A DNA stretch of 44,655 nt, counting the filler, from Streblomastix strix (lineage: Eukaryota), in the NCBI GenBank assembly GCA_008636045.1. It is 2 parts of 2 records of this genome, joined end to end, with 100 filler letters (N's around TTAATTAATTAA, not from the genome) between each part and the next. Parts side by side here need not be neighbours in the genome. Positions count along the whole stretch, not along the records: positions 1 to 22,296 come from SNRW01000329.1; 1 more part is not named here. One strand, 5' to 3'. This document shows positions 1 through 13,269 of this stretch, in pieces; position 1 is the first letter of the stretch; every line of letters starts with the position of its first letter. The notes beneath the pieces are model-generated. The model was not told where the DNA came from. It searched no databases and worked only from the letters and a program-made list of their open reading frames with translations. Position numbers and translations under genes: made by a program.

Positions 1-420
1 TGAACCAAAAATATCCTTTTCTCTACCAGCCATATAAACCGATTAATTTTCAATCTTTAAGAAATAATCAAACATTTAAAAGCTAACAATAGTAATTTGT
101 ATTTATATAACAGAATTGAAGGAAGATGGTTACTAAGAGATGAGGTATATATCTCAAATATGAAATAATAAACAAGAATCAGCTAGAACAATAAAGAGAA
201 AGATCAAAATTACAAAAATAAAAATAAAAATAAAATAAACTATTATGGACACTATGCCTATCTCTGATAAAACAGTGATGAAAATAACAATATTCAAATT
301 GTATACAGCATTCAGATATGATCACACGAATCAGATGAAAACAAAAATTGGAAAATAAAATAATATATATATTAAAAGATATTAATTAGTGATGAGATTT
401 AAAAATAACTCTCAAAGTAC

Positions 421-3400
421 TCAATTTTAGTCAGGTGAACTTGGGTAGTTCGCAAGATTATGATACGGACTACTCTATTCTCCAATTCCAATTCCAAAGT
501 TCCCTCCAATCTAATTACCAACAACTGAACCAGGACCAGAATTCATTTATCCATTCCCTAATTATCCAATATTCTAATTTATTAATGATTAATAGAATCC
601 CGATTATTATTGCTATTGTTATTGCTGTTATTATTATGGAGATTAATGCATTTATAATTATTGCATTGAGTTTATTTAGTATTAACTTGGTGATTATGAT
701 TACATTGGACTCTGTTGTGATTAATATCCTGGTGAATCTCTTTGCATATGCATCTAATTCTGAAATTGGAATGAATCTTGATTCTGGTTCTAGCTCTGTG
801 AAATGATCTGTTGCTGGAGTTAGTAATTGGAGAGTACATTTGCAAATGGTTATTGGATTTGCTACTGTTAAATCTATTGGTTTTATTATTTATGGATCAT
901 ATTGCCAAATTATTATTACTGCATTTGTTATTTGTTATTCTAAGAGCGTCTGTAGAAATATTATGATGTATTCTACGTGGGTCTCTGCTGTTAATGAAAT
1001 TTAGTTGTTATTTAACGATCTCCACGAGGAGCAAATTAAAGCGACTGATTTTGATTAAAATTTTGAGAAGAAAGTTAATTCTATTGTCTCGCTTATAACT
1101 ATCTCTATTATTATTATTACTATTACTAAATCATCTATCTTTATTGCATCATTTATATCTAAGGGAGTTAATGGCTAAGAGAATTAATGTCTTATTAGTT
1201 TGTATTACCAATATTATTAATCTGGGGAATTTGTGGACTGTGAAGATGTTATTATTATAACTGTGAAGGAGAAGGAATTTATTATTATTGTTGTGCCTAT
1301 GGAATGAATTAAGTGTTTGTGTTTGTTTAGAAGAATGATTATATCTGTGATTGATTCTGATTCTGATTCTACTGTTGATTTTGTAGATTCAGAATTTCCA
1401 TCTTTTAATTCAGTAATTATTGTATATTCTATTCATTATTTATTTCTCTTCCTTAATTCTAATTAAATCCAATTCCATATTATTGCATCATTTAATATTA
1501 TTCTTTTCTCCCATCTTCTGAGAATGGCTAATTATCCTGTGTGTGTCCAAGTTATTGAAATTGATGAGGTTTACTCTTCTCAGCTTCAGCTTATCTAGCT
1601 GTTACACGCTATAGTTATTCTTTAAGTTAAGACCGCTATTCAAAATACCTTATTTTATTCAAGTCTTTCTATTCCTAAGGTTGATCAATATTATTATCTC
1701 TTTCTTTTGCTATTTCATCTCTTTCCTCACGATCAAGTATATCCACACACTTACTAAGACACTTCATTACATGTCTTCCAAATGAATGACGTTTCAATGT
1801 CTGTACGTGTGGAAGTATGGCTTAATTGAGTAATACAAATCGTATTGATGGAGAACAACATAACACAAGTCTCTATACAACATAATTCCCATATTAATCT
1901 GAAAGAAGCTATAGTAATGGAGATGATCCCATTGCTTAATTATTATTCCCATTTGATTCATCACCAAATGATCCATTTTATGGACTGTATTAAGAGAAGT
2001 TCTATTGTCCTTATCCAGATGATTGTGAGAAGAATGATAAATGTCGTGATAGTTACTGTGCAAACTTATCTGTACTTGATTAATTACCTGAATTGGGACC
2101 AATAAAGTTCCCCTCCTTCTAAACATCATCACTGTTATCTGAATCAATATCCTTAATATCTCCAGATTGATGTCCATATTTCTCTGATTATGTCTTATGA
2201 TATCTACGTCTAGCATCTTGTGAAGGCATCCTTAGTAATTCTCTTATAATTGATTCTCTATCTGAATCACTTCCATGTTCAACAAGCTTCTCAATAACAT
2301 TACTTGAGAATTTGTGCTATGACAGATCAACAAAATGTCCTCTCAATGCTTTGATAACAGCAGCAACAACATTCAATCTCTTCTTCTTAATTGGTTGAGT
2401 CTAATCTTTGTTTGATTATTCATCTTCATTCTTATCTTGATTCTCCTTCCCACAACAGATTACTCGTGCTCTAAGAAGGTTCTGTGTTATGTAATTACCA
2501 AATGAACTCACAACAATATTAAGTGAATGACGAATAAGTAATCTAACAACAACTTCCTTCTACACTGGACTACAACAATCTATTAGATGGGATACAATAC
2601 GACTTGAATATTAGCTCTGTGCCATCTAAGCAAGTCTATCACCTCTTTTGGGTGCTTATTAACTGGCTTATATTTATTGTCTTTCAGAAGATGATAATGT
2701 CTTATTCTAAGATATATGATTAAGAGATCCCAATGACTGCTAAGAGAATATTCCTAATTCTGATCCAGATCCAGCTTTCCCTTCTTCTGAGTCCTATTCA
2801 ATATCATCAATCATTTCTTCTTCTTCATCGTATATGCACCAAACCTCCTCATTCTCATCAAATGAATCATTGATCATCCCGGACTCTCCAAAGAATTCTT
2901 TTCTCTCTGTTACAACATCAACTACAAATTAGAAGCAACAAGGAGGAAGAGTTTGTAGGATCTTCTATATAACATGGTTGGCATTCTAATCGTATATACA
3001 CTCAAGTACATGATCTTTTAATTCACGGCATAATCTAGATGCAAGAGCTAATGGTACTGAATCAATCACAGTTTGAACAACACGACATGAATATTTATTG
3101 AATGATAACTCAGCCATGTGTGTTCTCATAGACAATGCAATCTGCTCTGCTTATTATGCACGTGGATTCTGTGCAGCTTCTGGAGACAGTTCAGATTCCC
3201 ATACATTGTCTGTTATTTAATTAACTCCATCCTATTGACTTTCATTCTTCTATTATATGTGAGGATGAGGATTAATAAAAGTCCTTGTATGTGCATGTAT
3301 CTGTAACTATGTCCTATTCCTCTTCTGTCCATGCATCCTTGGTGATCCATCTGGAGATGTGCTATGAGCTCCCCATTCTTCCTTCCTCATATCTTCTTCT

Positions 3401-6057
3401 TCTTCTTCTTCTATTCCTTCACTTTTATCAAAGAATAATTGTAATACAAAGTTTGCATGTTTATCTTTCATTAGATCAACTACATGTGACTTGATATCTT
3501 CATATATTGCATTACGTGTAATCTCATCACAATGTTTCATCATTTATTGCATCTATCTGCTTCCTTATGGATCTAAACTCATTAGAGTATATTACCCCAT
3601 GTGCATTCTCTATTCTAAACTCAGTGTTAATCCATTTCCTTTCTCTTATCCTTATCCTTATCCTTATCCTTACACTCCCAATAATTAATTGAATTCATTC
3701 CCATTGTCTGATTGCATTGAGAATTGTGTATTAGTAACCCCATATGAAGTCTGCATTGGTAAATGCATCATTTGAGAGTATTAAGATGGACTTGTTGATT
3801 GATTCTAATGTTGAGACAATTGTGTAACCCCTTAATTTTAGATTGATAATTAATTCATTTGTGATTAAGGGGACTAAAATGAAGTAAAAGCAGACATTGG
3901 ACTGGTGATTTATCCATTGAGAGACGAATTTAAGAATTTATTTGATGTTTAATTTGACATAAATCCAGAATTATTAGAAGAAATGGAGGAATGAAGAGTT
4001 TGTGGGGTTGAAGAAGAAGATATCTGACCCAATTATGAAGTATTCATCACTCCTGATCCAGTAACTTATTGAAGTGACTATTTATATGCAAGATTATCTT
4101 ATAATGACTGAGTATATTAAGGAGTTGATGACTAGGAAGATATTTTATTCATTGAATTCTGAACAGATATTGTCTATTGTTATGGAGATTGAATTGTGTT
4201 TAATTAGTTATTAGGAGCAATCTATTTAGACTATTATTGTAACACTTGTAATGCTTATTAGTTCTAAACTGGCTATAAAAATAGCATTGATCCATTTTGT
4301 ATTGTTTGCACATTTCCGTTTTACTTTCCCATTTCCTATCCAATAACTTATTATTACATACCATTCTAATTCTATGTTTATACAGTTACAATCTGAGGTT
4401 GTTATTATTATGAATTAGATGCTACTGTTACATAGTAAGGCATATTGTTGTTTGATCCTATTGAAATAGGACCTGTTTATCCATTGCTACCTGACTATAA
4501 CATCTATACATATTAAGGTTATATTTATACTAATTGTTGTTATTGGTTTGTTTATCCAATCGTCTTAAACTAAAGTGGTATTTGTTGAACTTATTATAAA
4601 ACTTATTATTATTATACTCCTTATGGAACAATAATAAATTGAGGTTGTTACTGTTATTGTGTTGAATCAGTCTAAAGCATCACAGTTTATCCCAATTAAT
4701 AAATATTAGGAGAATATGGAAGGAGAACTGGAGTAATATTACTCAATCCTCCTTGTGTTTATATTTATACCTAATTTGATCCTTAATTTGTTTATTAAAC
4801 TGTTCCTAATTGTCCAGAAGAACTTATTAATTATTATGGTATAAGCTATGTTTATTATATATTCTATTTCAAAGAACCTTCGTTGCTAGTGTTATTATCA
4901 TTCTTTTGTGCACTATCTTATTTTGTCTAATTCTATTATGTATTAAATATTATTGAAGGATCATCTAAATTTGAATTTATTAATCCAAAGTTTTAATCTT
5001 ATTTAATATCTAAGTTATTACTATTATCTGGTTTAGGGAAGAGAATAGATCCTTATTATTGAGACTAGAATGTATCATTGGAGAATTAATTGGATATAGA
5101 TGAATTAAATTTAGATTAATTTAATTCTTTTGAATCAAAATTCTATTTCTAAGAAGGATCATCGTTGGAAGTTGGAGATAATTAAGGTGATGAAGGTTGC
5201 ATTAATTATAACTAAGATCTGATCTTTGGAGGAGATTGCATTTGAAATTTCTATTGTATTTATTATTAAAAGTTATGATCTTTGGTTATGTTTGATTCAA
5301 TTTGTTGGCTTAATTCAAAATTGTGCTAATTTTGCAATGCATTGAGAATAGGTTAATCGGTTTGTATTTTTAAAGAATGCAATTATTCTTTGGGTTGCCC
5401 ATTTAATTATTGTTAAATTTTTAATGGAGTTAAAAACGATTGAGCAAATTATTGATTATTCAAACTTCCTCCTATATTTGCCCCCGCTTCACTGAATTTG
5501 GGGGTATCTGAGATTGACAGTGGCGAGTTATAAGAATATGAAGTACCTAATTGTGATGCTGATTATGTTATTGGGGCAGGTGATGAATATGCAGGAACTG
5601 GTGAAAAGATAGATGATTAAAGTCTGGGAGAAAAGTTGCTGGAAGCAAAGAGTGATGTACTGCCTTAGAAATTGGTCATCTACGGTGATGAAAATGATGT
5701 TGAAAATTATGATGGATTCTAAGTTGTTGACGAAGGAAATTGCTAAGCAAACTCGTTTAACGCAGTAAGAGGCGGAGATGATGAGTACTAGGTGTTACTC
5801 AATAGAAATTGGCTGAATGTGAGGTTATTATGTTGCGTTAGTGGAGAATTCATCTAAGGAGAATCCAACGACGAATTGCGTGAGTTCTACGCAAGTAAAT
5901 TCTAAAGTGTAATTTCAGATGAAGTTTTCGACAGTGATCCTGTCTCGCTAGTTCCAAAATCATTTACATCACTACGATACTGATCTGAAAAGAACTTGGT
6001 ACTGTTGGAAAAGTCCGACTCCTTTATGTCCTGTTGAGAAAACTCCATGGAAAGCAT
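421..6057 (-). CDS. PUM: Pumilio/PUF-family RNA-binding protein (~1878 aa; long Q/S/N-rich disordered arms, 8 Puf repeats with large insertions)
   Basis: With TAA/TAG=Gln the frame is the same at every point checked from ATG 6057 (alternative 6048) to TGA 423-421. Puf repeats read DPQGSRQMQ, DKHANFVLQ, NKYSCRVVQ, DQNANHVIQ, SQYSSRIVS, SFGNYITQ, LSQHKFSSNVIEK and LSDQYGNYVVQ (about 3600-1760). Confidence 0.93.
3645..3670 (-). repeat. (TAAGGA)n coding microsatellite encoding QGQGQGQGQ just before Puf repeat 1
   Basis: Plus strand shows cttatccttatccttatccttatcctta. Confidence 0.75.
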
Positions 6058-6085
6058 AATGGGGTTTCCAAAAACAAATTGGCCT

Positions 6086-9000
6086 ATGCATATTGCCCCT
6101 ATTATATTATTGAACATTTGGCTGTATTATACATTTACGTGCTGCATAAATATTGGGAATGGTAATCCTAAGAAAGTTAGCAAAACCTAAAATCCAAATA
6201 GTCAAATTACATAAAATCCAATGAATTAACCTACAGAAATTGATACAGAAAATGTTGAACATATCACAACAGATGATAATAGATTAGGAATAACATAAAC
6301 GGTCGAGTAAACTGGACATAATTTTGGTTTGAATATTTTTGAGCAGTAATCCCTTTATATTTGCTGTTCTTTTTTCAATTTTTATTTGTGACATAGAAAT
6401 TTTACCATCTGGTTCTCTTCTAACAGAAAATACACCTAATAGATAGTCCCAAATTACTGGAGCATCGTTTGGCTTCTTAAACGAACAAAGCCTAGAAAAC
6501 TTGGGGCTCAACTAAGAAAATTCCTTTGAAGATTCATCATTTAACTTTTATAACTCGTAAAGACATTTGCACATGTTTAGCGCTGAATCATTCCTCGATA
6601 CCAACGATATTTTATCATCGCCTCAATAAAATTAATTTGGACATTTTGATATTTTTTCGATGTTTTCTGAGCCAAGTATTTCAACTACTCCACCAATTCA
6701 TGACTCTTTTTAATCCTTCCAGACATTTCACAATCTTTCTATCTCACCTACAATAAATCAGATAACAAATACTCATGATTTCAATACCATTCAAAGTTCT
6801 ACAAATGATTATGAAAATACATTTTTGAATGAAATCTAATAATTTCCCCCAATATCCAACCAAATAGACTATATTACAAATGACCCATTTTTAAACAATT
6901 CTCATCCCATTCAACATTCATTATTCAATAGCATGCTTAATTCTGATGGTATGTCAATTCAACCATCATAAGATAAAAGAGAGACTGAAAATAATAAAGT
7001 TGAAATGATAGAAACCAATAATTAAGATAATGCAGATGTTGTGAAGCATCATAAATAGGAAGGAAAGAAGAATCATCACCACAAAGGAAATAAAGAACAT
7101 ATAACACATTCTCATAAACATAAAGAAGATAATCGAGCATTACCACTTCAGCTTGATTAATCTTAGAGATAATAAATTGGAATGTAATTTAACACATTGA
7201 ATACAATTGACTCTGACTTTAGATAAATACAATAGTCATCTTCTGATACTCATATTGAATCAATGAGCACTTCAACCACATCACAAAATTCTGATTCAAT
7301 ACGAAATAGACAATCAAATATTTATAATAATAATAATGATAATGATAACTCACTTGAATAAAGAAATAATATTTATTCCTTTCATATAAATGATAACTCA
7401 CCATATTTATATGGAGCAGATCATGCATAAGTATTTCCTTCCTTTCTGTTATCTTAATCTTCACAACCTGATTAAAGATCTCATCCTTCTGATATTAATC
7501 ACTTATTCCTCTAAAGCCAAGAATTATTCTCTGATTATCAGGACCATTTAAATAATTTCCCTTTACCTCCAACTATTAATTAATAGAATTAGAATGATGA
7601 TGATATTAATTAAGAATCGACTAATATTTAACATGATAATTAAATGAGAATTAACTCTTAGAATTATTAAATAGACAGTCAACCATAAATTATTTAGACA
7701 GATGAATAGTAAAATAAATAATAAAATATTGAAATAGAAAGTGATTAAATTAAGAATTAATAATCCAATTCTATTTCTCCAGATTAAGTATCACACAATG
7801 CAAAATCAGAAACTGATTCATTTGAACACATTACTCATCAACACATTGTTAATTAATCTCCTTATGATTCAGATGAAAAATAAGAACTATCATCAATTCA
7901 CATCTCATAATTATTAAATAGTCACATAATTAGATAAGATGGAATTGATTCAGATATTAATATTATCACTGATCAATCTCGTCCAGTATCAACTGTAATT
8001 GAAAACTAAAGTATTGGTTAATAGTCTCCACCAAATTAGACATCACAATCTCCAGGTTAGTCACCTCCAAATATTAATTAGAATATTTTATCTGAAAATT
8101 AATAATCTTAAAGATCTGGATTGTCTGTACATCTTCCATTACCATTTCCTTAGTTGCATTCTTCTGATAATAATAATAATAATAAAGGATCAAATTAATA
8201 AACTAATTAATAATCTTCATCTACTGCTTCTTAAATACATTAGAAACCAATAACATATTCATTAAGACCGAGACCTCTAGCTCCACTACTTCCAATGCCA
8301 ACATCATTGTAGTAACCTCCTCCTTTATCATCATTTGCATTCACTATTCCTGGATCTGCTCCTTTATAATAGATTCACACTGATTCACCTTCTGTTACTT
8401 CATAATAATCACAATCATCCAATTCTCCAGACATTCAATCTTAATCTCAATCAATATAAGTTGGATTTGCTAATATTCCTTCTCCTTAATCTGAATCACT
8501 ATAATCTCCAAGTTTATCTTCATAACATTCTTAATAGTAATCTCATACTCAATTTTAATAGTAATAATCTACTTCTTCTATATACGCATTATCTCCATAA
8601 GTATTATTATAATAATCAAAACATACATTATAGAGATAATATTCAGATGCATAATCACCTTAATTATAATCTCAAATACATATATCATAATCTCAACCCC
8701 CATCATCATCTTCTTCTTCTTAATCTAATTTACATGATAATAATTCCTAATTAAATTCATAATAACATCCAACTAAATAGTCTAATCGAAGGAATAATAA
8801 GTAATCTTAAACCTAATTTGTAGATACTTAATAAGCTCCATTACTATAGACACATCAATAAGAAATCTATTCTCCTTCTTTTTAATAAGCATCAATACCA
8901 CCTTCTTAAACGTCATCTTTATTATCTCTTCCAAGTAATACATAACATTAACAATCTTCAATGCAAATGAATATTGTTTCTGAATCTCAATTCCCTTAAT

Positions 9001-11291
9001 TAAATCCTCGAAGATAAATACAATAATTTTATTATTAATAGAATGGAGCAAATTAACAAAGTAATAAAATAGAAAGACATCTGAATACTCAACAGATGAA
9101 AGAGAATGAAAAAATAAATAATAATTAATAATAACGTTCATTAGGATCTTAATCTGAGAAGATTGGAAGAAAGAAGATTAAAAATAATGAATAAAATTTG
9201 AATTCAATAAAAAGTCAATAAAATTAATAACAAGTTCAACCATAAGAAAACTAAAATATAAAATCAAATAAAAATAAAACGAGCAATAATTAAACATAAA
9301 ATATTTTTAATCACTCCAATCCAAGTTAATAATAAACCAATAATATTCCTTCAGAACCAATTATATAACAATCCAATATCAATCAACCCATAACACAGTA
9401 TAATGGAAGATAAAGATAGCATACACCATCTATTGAATAGTAATAGTTACAAATATCATCAGAATAATAAGAGAATGAAGAATGCTCAATAGTTACTGCA
9501 TCACTCGCTGCTGCTGCCACAACTCTTGTTGTTTGTAGTCAGATTGATAAGAATAAGAAGAAAGAGAAAGAGAAAGAAAGAGAAAAATAAAAAGAAAAAG
9601 AAAAATAGATCCTAAAAGAGAATGAAAAAATGAATATACGTGAAAAGGAATAAGAAATTCAAAGAAGCATAAAAGAGAATAAATAAAACACTGATAAAGA
9701 CAATTAAGACCTTAATGAGAAAATGAAAGATCCAAAAAAGAAATAATAGCTCAGTTCATCAGATTAAGAAAAGCTAAAGATTGAAAAAGGATCAAATGAA
9801 TATAAAATTAAATAGGATTAATTAAATGATAATTTAAATTAAAAAGAAAGGAATAAAGACAAAAAAATAGAATAAGAAGGTTAAATTAAAGACAAATAGC
9901 TGAATCGATAGAATGAAGATGAAATCAACAAAAAGAAAAAGATTGCAGCTGAACTGTAACTGATGCTTGCATAGCATCTCGAAACAGTGGCTGGGAACAA
10001 ATAATCGACAATAACTCAGAACAAATCAAAATTGGATAAAACTTCTCCAAATTCAACTCCAGGATCTTATTCATAAGAGAATATTAATGATACTGAAACA
10101 ACACCAACACCAAAGAGAAATAAACATCGTAGACCTCGAATGCACTCTAATGAATAATAACAATATTCATCACCTTCAAATATGAATCAATAAATTGATT
10201 AGTCAAATAGTCCAGGATCTTATAATGTATATGATACTCTTCTCCAATCTCCAATTCTATCTCCATTCAACAAGAGATTGATATCAGATTCATAAGGAAG
10301 GCCTCATCATCACATTCATGATATGAACTACACTCAATAACATAATCCATTCTAATCTTATAATATTCCTGATACAACATAATCTTAATTTTCAGATTAT
10401 TTCTTCCAAAGACCTGATATTTAGATACCACCACTTGATGCATAATACTCGTTTGATGTTCCTAATGCTGTTAGAACATAGGAAGTATTGAATGAATTGC
10501 GAAGATAACGCAATTTAAGAGAAATATAGAGACAACAATATTTCAATTCAATTGATACTTCAAGCTAATTTGATGATGATGAAGATGATGATGACCTAGA
10601 TTCATAATTCATAAATTCTCCATTCAATCAATATTCTCCTTATAATATGAGATATGGAATTCCCAATAATCAGATTCCATTCCAACGTTAGTATACAAAC
10701 CACTTATAGCAACACCCTCATATTCATTCACATTAAAGTAGAATTGATGCTATAGGATAAGGTGGATATATGAATAGAGGACACTCACACGACAGTTTTA
10801 ATGGATATCAACGTATTCATCGTCGTAGAAAAGATTTTCATTAACAAAGATAGATATATGAATCTGGTGATGTAGATTCATCATAAAATATGATGGAATA
10901 ATATGATGAGATAAATTCAAATAGTGAATAACACAAGAATGCGATGTCTCTTTCATCATTAATAGATTTCTACAGTATCCACAAACGCTCAATATACTTT
11001 GGTCTATTTACCTTATCTGTTCTATCATTTTGTATAGCTTTCATCCTATGGTTTATAAACTCTATTGGAGAATAGTTTGGGAACGAAAAATCAAATAATT
11101 TCTCCCATAATACGCAAAGCAGCGTTCATGCCTAGAATTAAATTGGATTATAAGAGGATGGTCATGACACTGCAAATTATAGAATGATTGATTCCTAATA
11201 AGATGAAGAGATGGCAAATAAGGAAAATGAAGGAAGAGATGAATGGAAATATAACAGTTTCAATGGAAGAAATGACATGCTTTTACTTTGA
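6086..11291 (+). CDS. Large (~1711 aa) low-complexity Q/S/P/E/K-rich protein with signal-peptide-like N-terminus and one C-terminal TM helix; function unknown
   Basis: ATG 6086 gives MHIAPIILLNIWLYYTFTCC. One intron 6327-6396 (GTTTGA...ACATAG) is needed to bypass an in-frame TGA. Exon 2 start, the TM segment (IYFGLFTLSVLSFCIAFILWFI, ~10990-11057) and TGA 11289-11291 share one frame. Confidence 0.75.
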
Positions 11292-11381
11292 AAACAATAA
11301 TTCTAATGTTCACTCTAGAACTTTTATTTTTATGATTTTTGAAAATAAACTATAATGGATTTAGTGACTAAAATTTATTCG

Positions 11382-11585
11382 TCATGTAAAATCAAGTAAA
11401 AGTTGTGGCAAAATGTGCTCTAAGTGCTCCTATGTTATTTAATTTGTGTTTTCATTCTTGGCTTCGATGATCATTCTATCAATTGATTCAACTAAGAATG
11501 TACTCAAAAGGAAATTAATAGCTTTCGCTGATTCTTTATTCTTTTTCAGTGAATTAGGTCGCGGATCAACAAAATGAACATCCAT
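11382..11585 (-). CDS. CENPX: CENP-X / MHF2 (STRA13) histone-fold protein; true 5' end may include upstream small exons
   Basis: Translates MDVHFVDPRPNSLKKNKESAKAINFLLSTFLVESIDRMIIEAKNENTNQITQEHLEHILPQLLLDFT*. The C-terminal LE.(I/V)LPQLLLDF motif is characteristic of CENP-X. Confidence 0.85.
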
Positions 11586-11886
11586 TCTCTCAAAAAATTA
11601 AACAAAAAATATAAATGTAACATTAAAATATTTCCCCTCTTGTAATATATAAATAATGAAATATTGAATACTTATGCACTGAAGTGACGAGGCTAGGAAT
11701 ACTCGATTTACTTTAATTTTTTAATTTATCCTACTAAGTTGTTATTTGGATTTTATATAAATTAAATTATTTCTTAAAAGGGTCTAAATTTTTAAGCACT
11801 GAATTTTAATAATATTTATTTGGATTAATGTTTGGTTGGTGAATAGAAAATTTGAATAACTTGAAACCTCATGTATGTTTTACATT

Positions 11887-11959
11887 TTGTGTTTGTTAAT
11901 AAGTTATATATACCCACATATTGTGTTTGTTAATAAGTTATATATACCCACATATTGTG
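11887..11959. repeat. Perfect 34-bp tandem duplication (2.1 copies) in the CENP-X/syntaxin divergent intergenic region
   Basis: ttgtgtttgttaataagttatatatacccacata at 11887-11920 and 11921-11954, followed by ttgtg. Confidence 0.95.
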
Positions 11960-12060
11960 ATACATATTATATGATGTCATTTTACCAATTTAATGAAGCG
12001 TGAGCTGGAGAAATTTGCATGTATTTAATTTTCATTTTTTCATTCAACCAGCACATACAA

Positions 12061-13136
12061 ATGGATCTGACTTCTGTGTTTTGTGATGCATGTTCTGGTG
12101 TAAAATCTACAGATTCCACAATTGTTACAATAAAACCACAGCCGCCCGATGATATCCTGCGAATAACAACATCAATTTTCTGCGAAATTGCCGAACGCCG
12201 TCTTCTTATCATTGCACACGCCGCCTCGTTTGTAAACATATATTCATTCCCGGTTACATAGATTGCACCTATGGAGGATGCCGAACGAGACTTGTTCGCA
12301 AGTGAATGCAAATCTTTTTTTCGCCGCTGCTAAGATCGCATTGATACATTGCACAAGGACATTTTAGAGCATGCGCAAGATAATAAATGGTGGATAAACA
12401 TTAACATTTTCAAGTCTAATGAGTTGAAAAAGACTGAAGCTGAGCGTTCAGCCAACAGAGCATAATTTTTCTTGAATGTTGTTAAAGTACTCTATGGAAT
12501 TCTTGGCGAAACTATAAAAGCATTAGATTTACTGATCAAAGCACATTCTTATGTGCAGCGCAAACGCACAGCTGCCTAATAACTCTAGTCTTTAGTGAGG
12601 ATGGGGGGAGAAGAGAAGAAGACAGTAGCTCTCAATTAGCGTCTGGCTGATAGAGAGAAAGAAAGAGGGTTTTAGGGGAGAGATTAAGGATATCAGAAGA
12701 GAAATACTGATTTATTTGATGAAACTGAGTAGTTTGAACACAGTAGTGGTAATTTATCCAGTGCACAACACTTGCGTCTTGAGAATAAATAACTTGAACA
12801 CGATTTACTGGAATAGTACGATACAGTAAAGTGTGAAAATTAACAAACTTTTATATTAATTAATGAATTTATTATTTTATAATCAATAACATCAGGTAAA
12901 TAGAACGTAATGCACAGGAGATTGCTGAAATGTCAGAAGCAATAAATTAGAAGATTGTTCAGCAAGATGAAGATATATAATTGATAAAACAACTAACAGA
13001 TCAATCTATTGATATAGTTAAAGATGGTACACGCTATTTATAACGAGCTGCAAAACGTTGGGGTATAAGAAGATGGATAGCTTATATAGTTATTATCCTC
13101 ACAATCACTCTATTAGTCGCTGAGTTCATACGATGA
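12061..13136 (+). CDS. STX18: Syntaxin-18/Ufe1-like ER Qa-SNARE
   Basis: MDLTSVF N-peptide and MEDAERDLF motif typical of syntaxin-18. SNARE motif QIERNAQEIAEMSEAINQKIVQQDEDIQLI, tail anchor WIAYIVIILTITLLVAEF. Intron 12831-12895; TGA 13134-13136. Confidence 0.85.
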
Positions 13137-13269
13137 GCAGAAAAACCATATAATTTCATTTCACACTCTCATAAAATAAATATAGGTTGAATATAATTAA
13201 TAATCGTTCAATAATAATTTATTATCCACTCATCCGAAAAAGTTGGAAATTGCCTAATTTTAAGGACCA

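Noticed and set aside
1..420. Possible plus-strand gene tail, and a Pumilio autoregulatory element (TGTATACA at ~300-307)
   Set aside because: No convincing frame, more likely the Pumilio 3' UTR/intergenic DNA. The motif mismatches UGUANAUA and is expected by chance in AT-rich DNA.
11887..11959. CRISPR-like repeat
   Set aside because: Only two adjacent copies with no spacer, in a eukaryotic context without cas genes.
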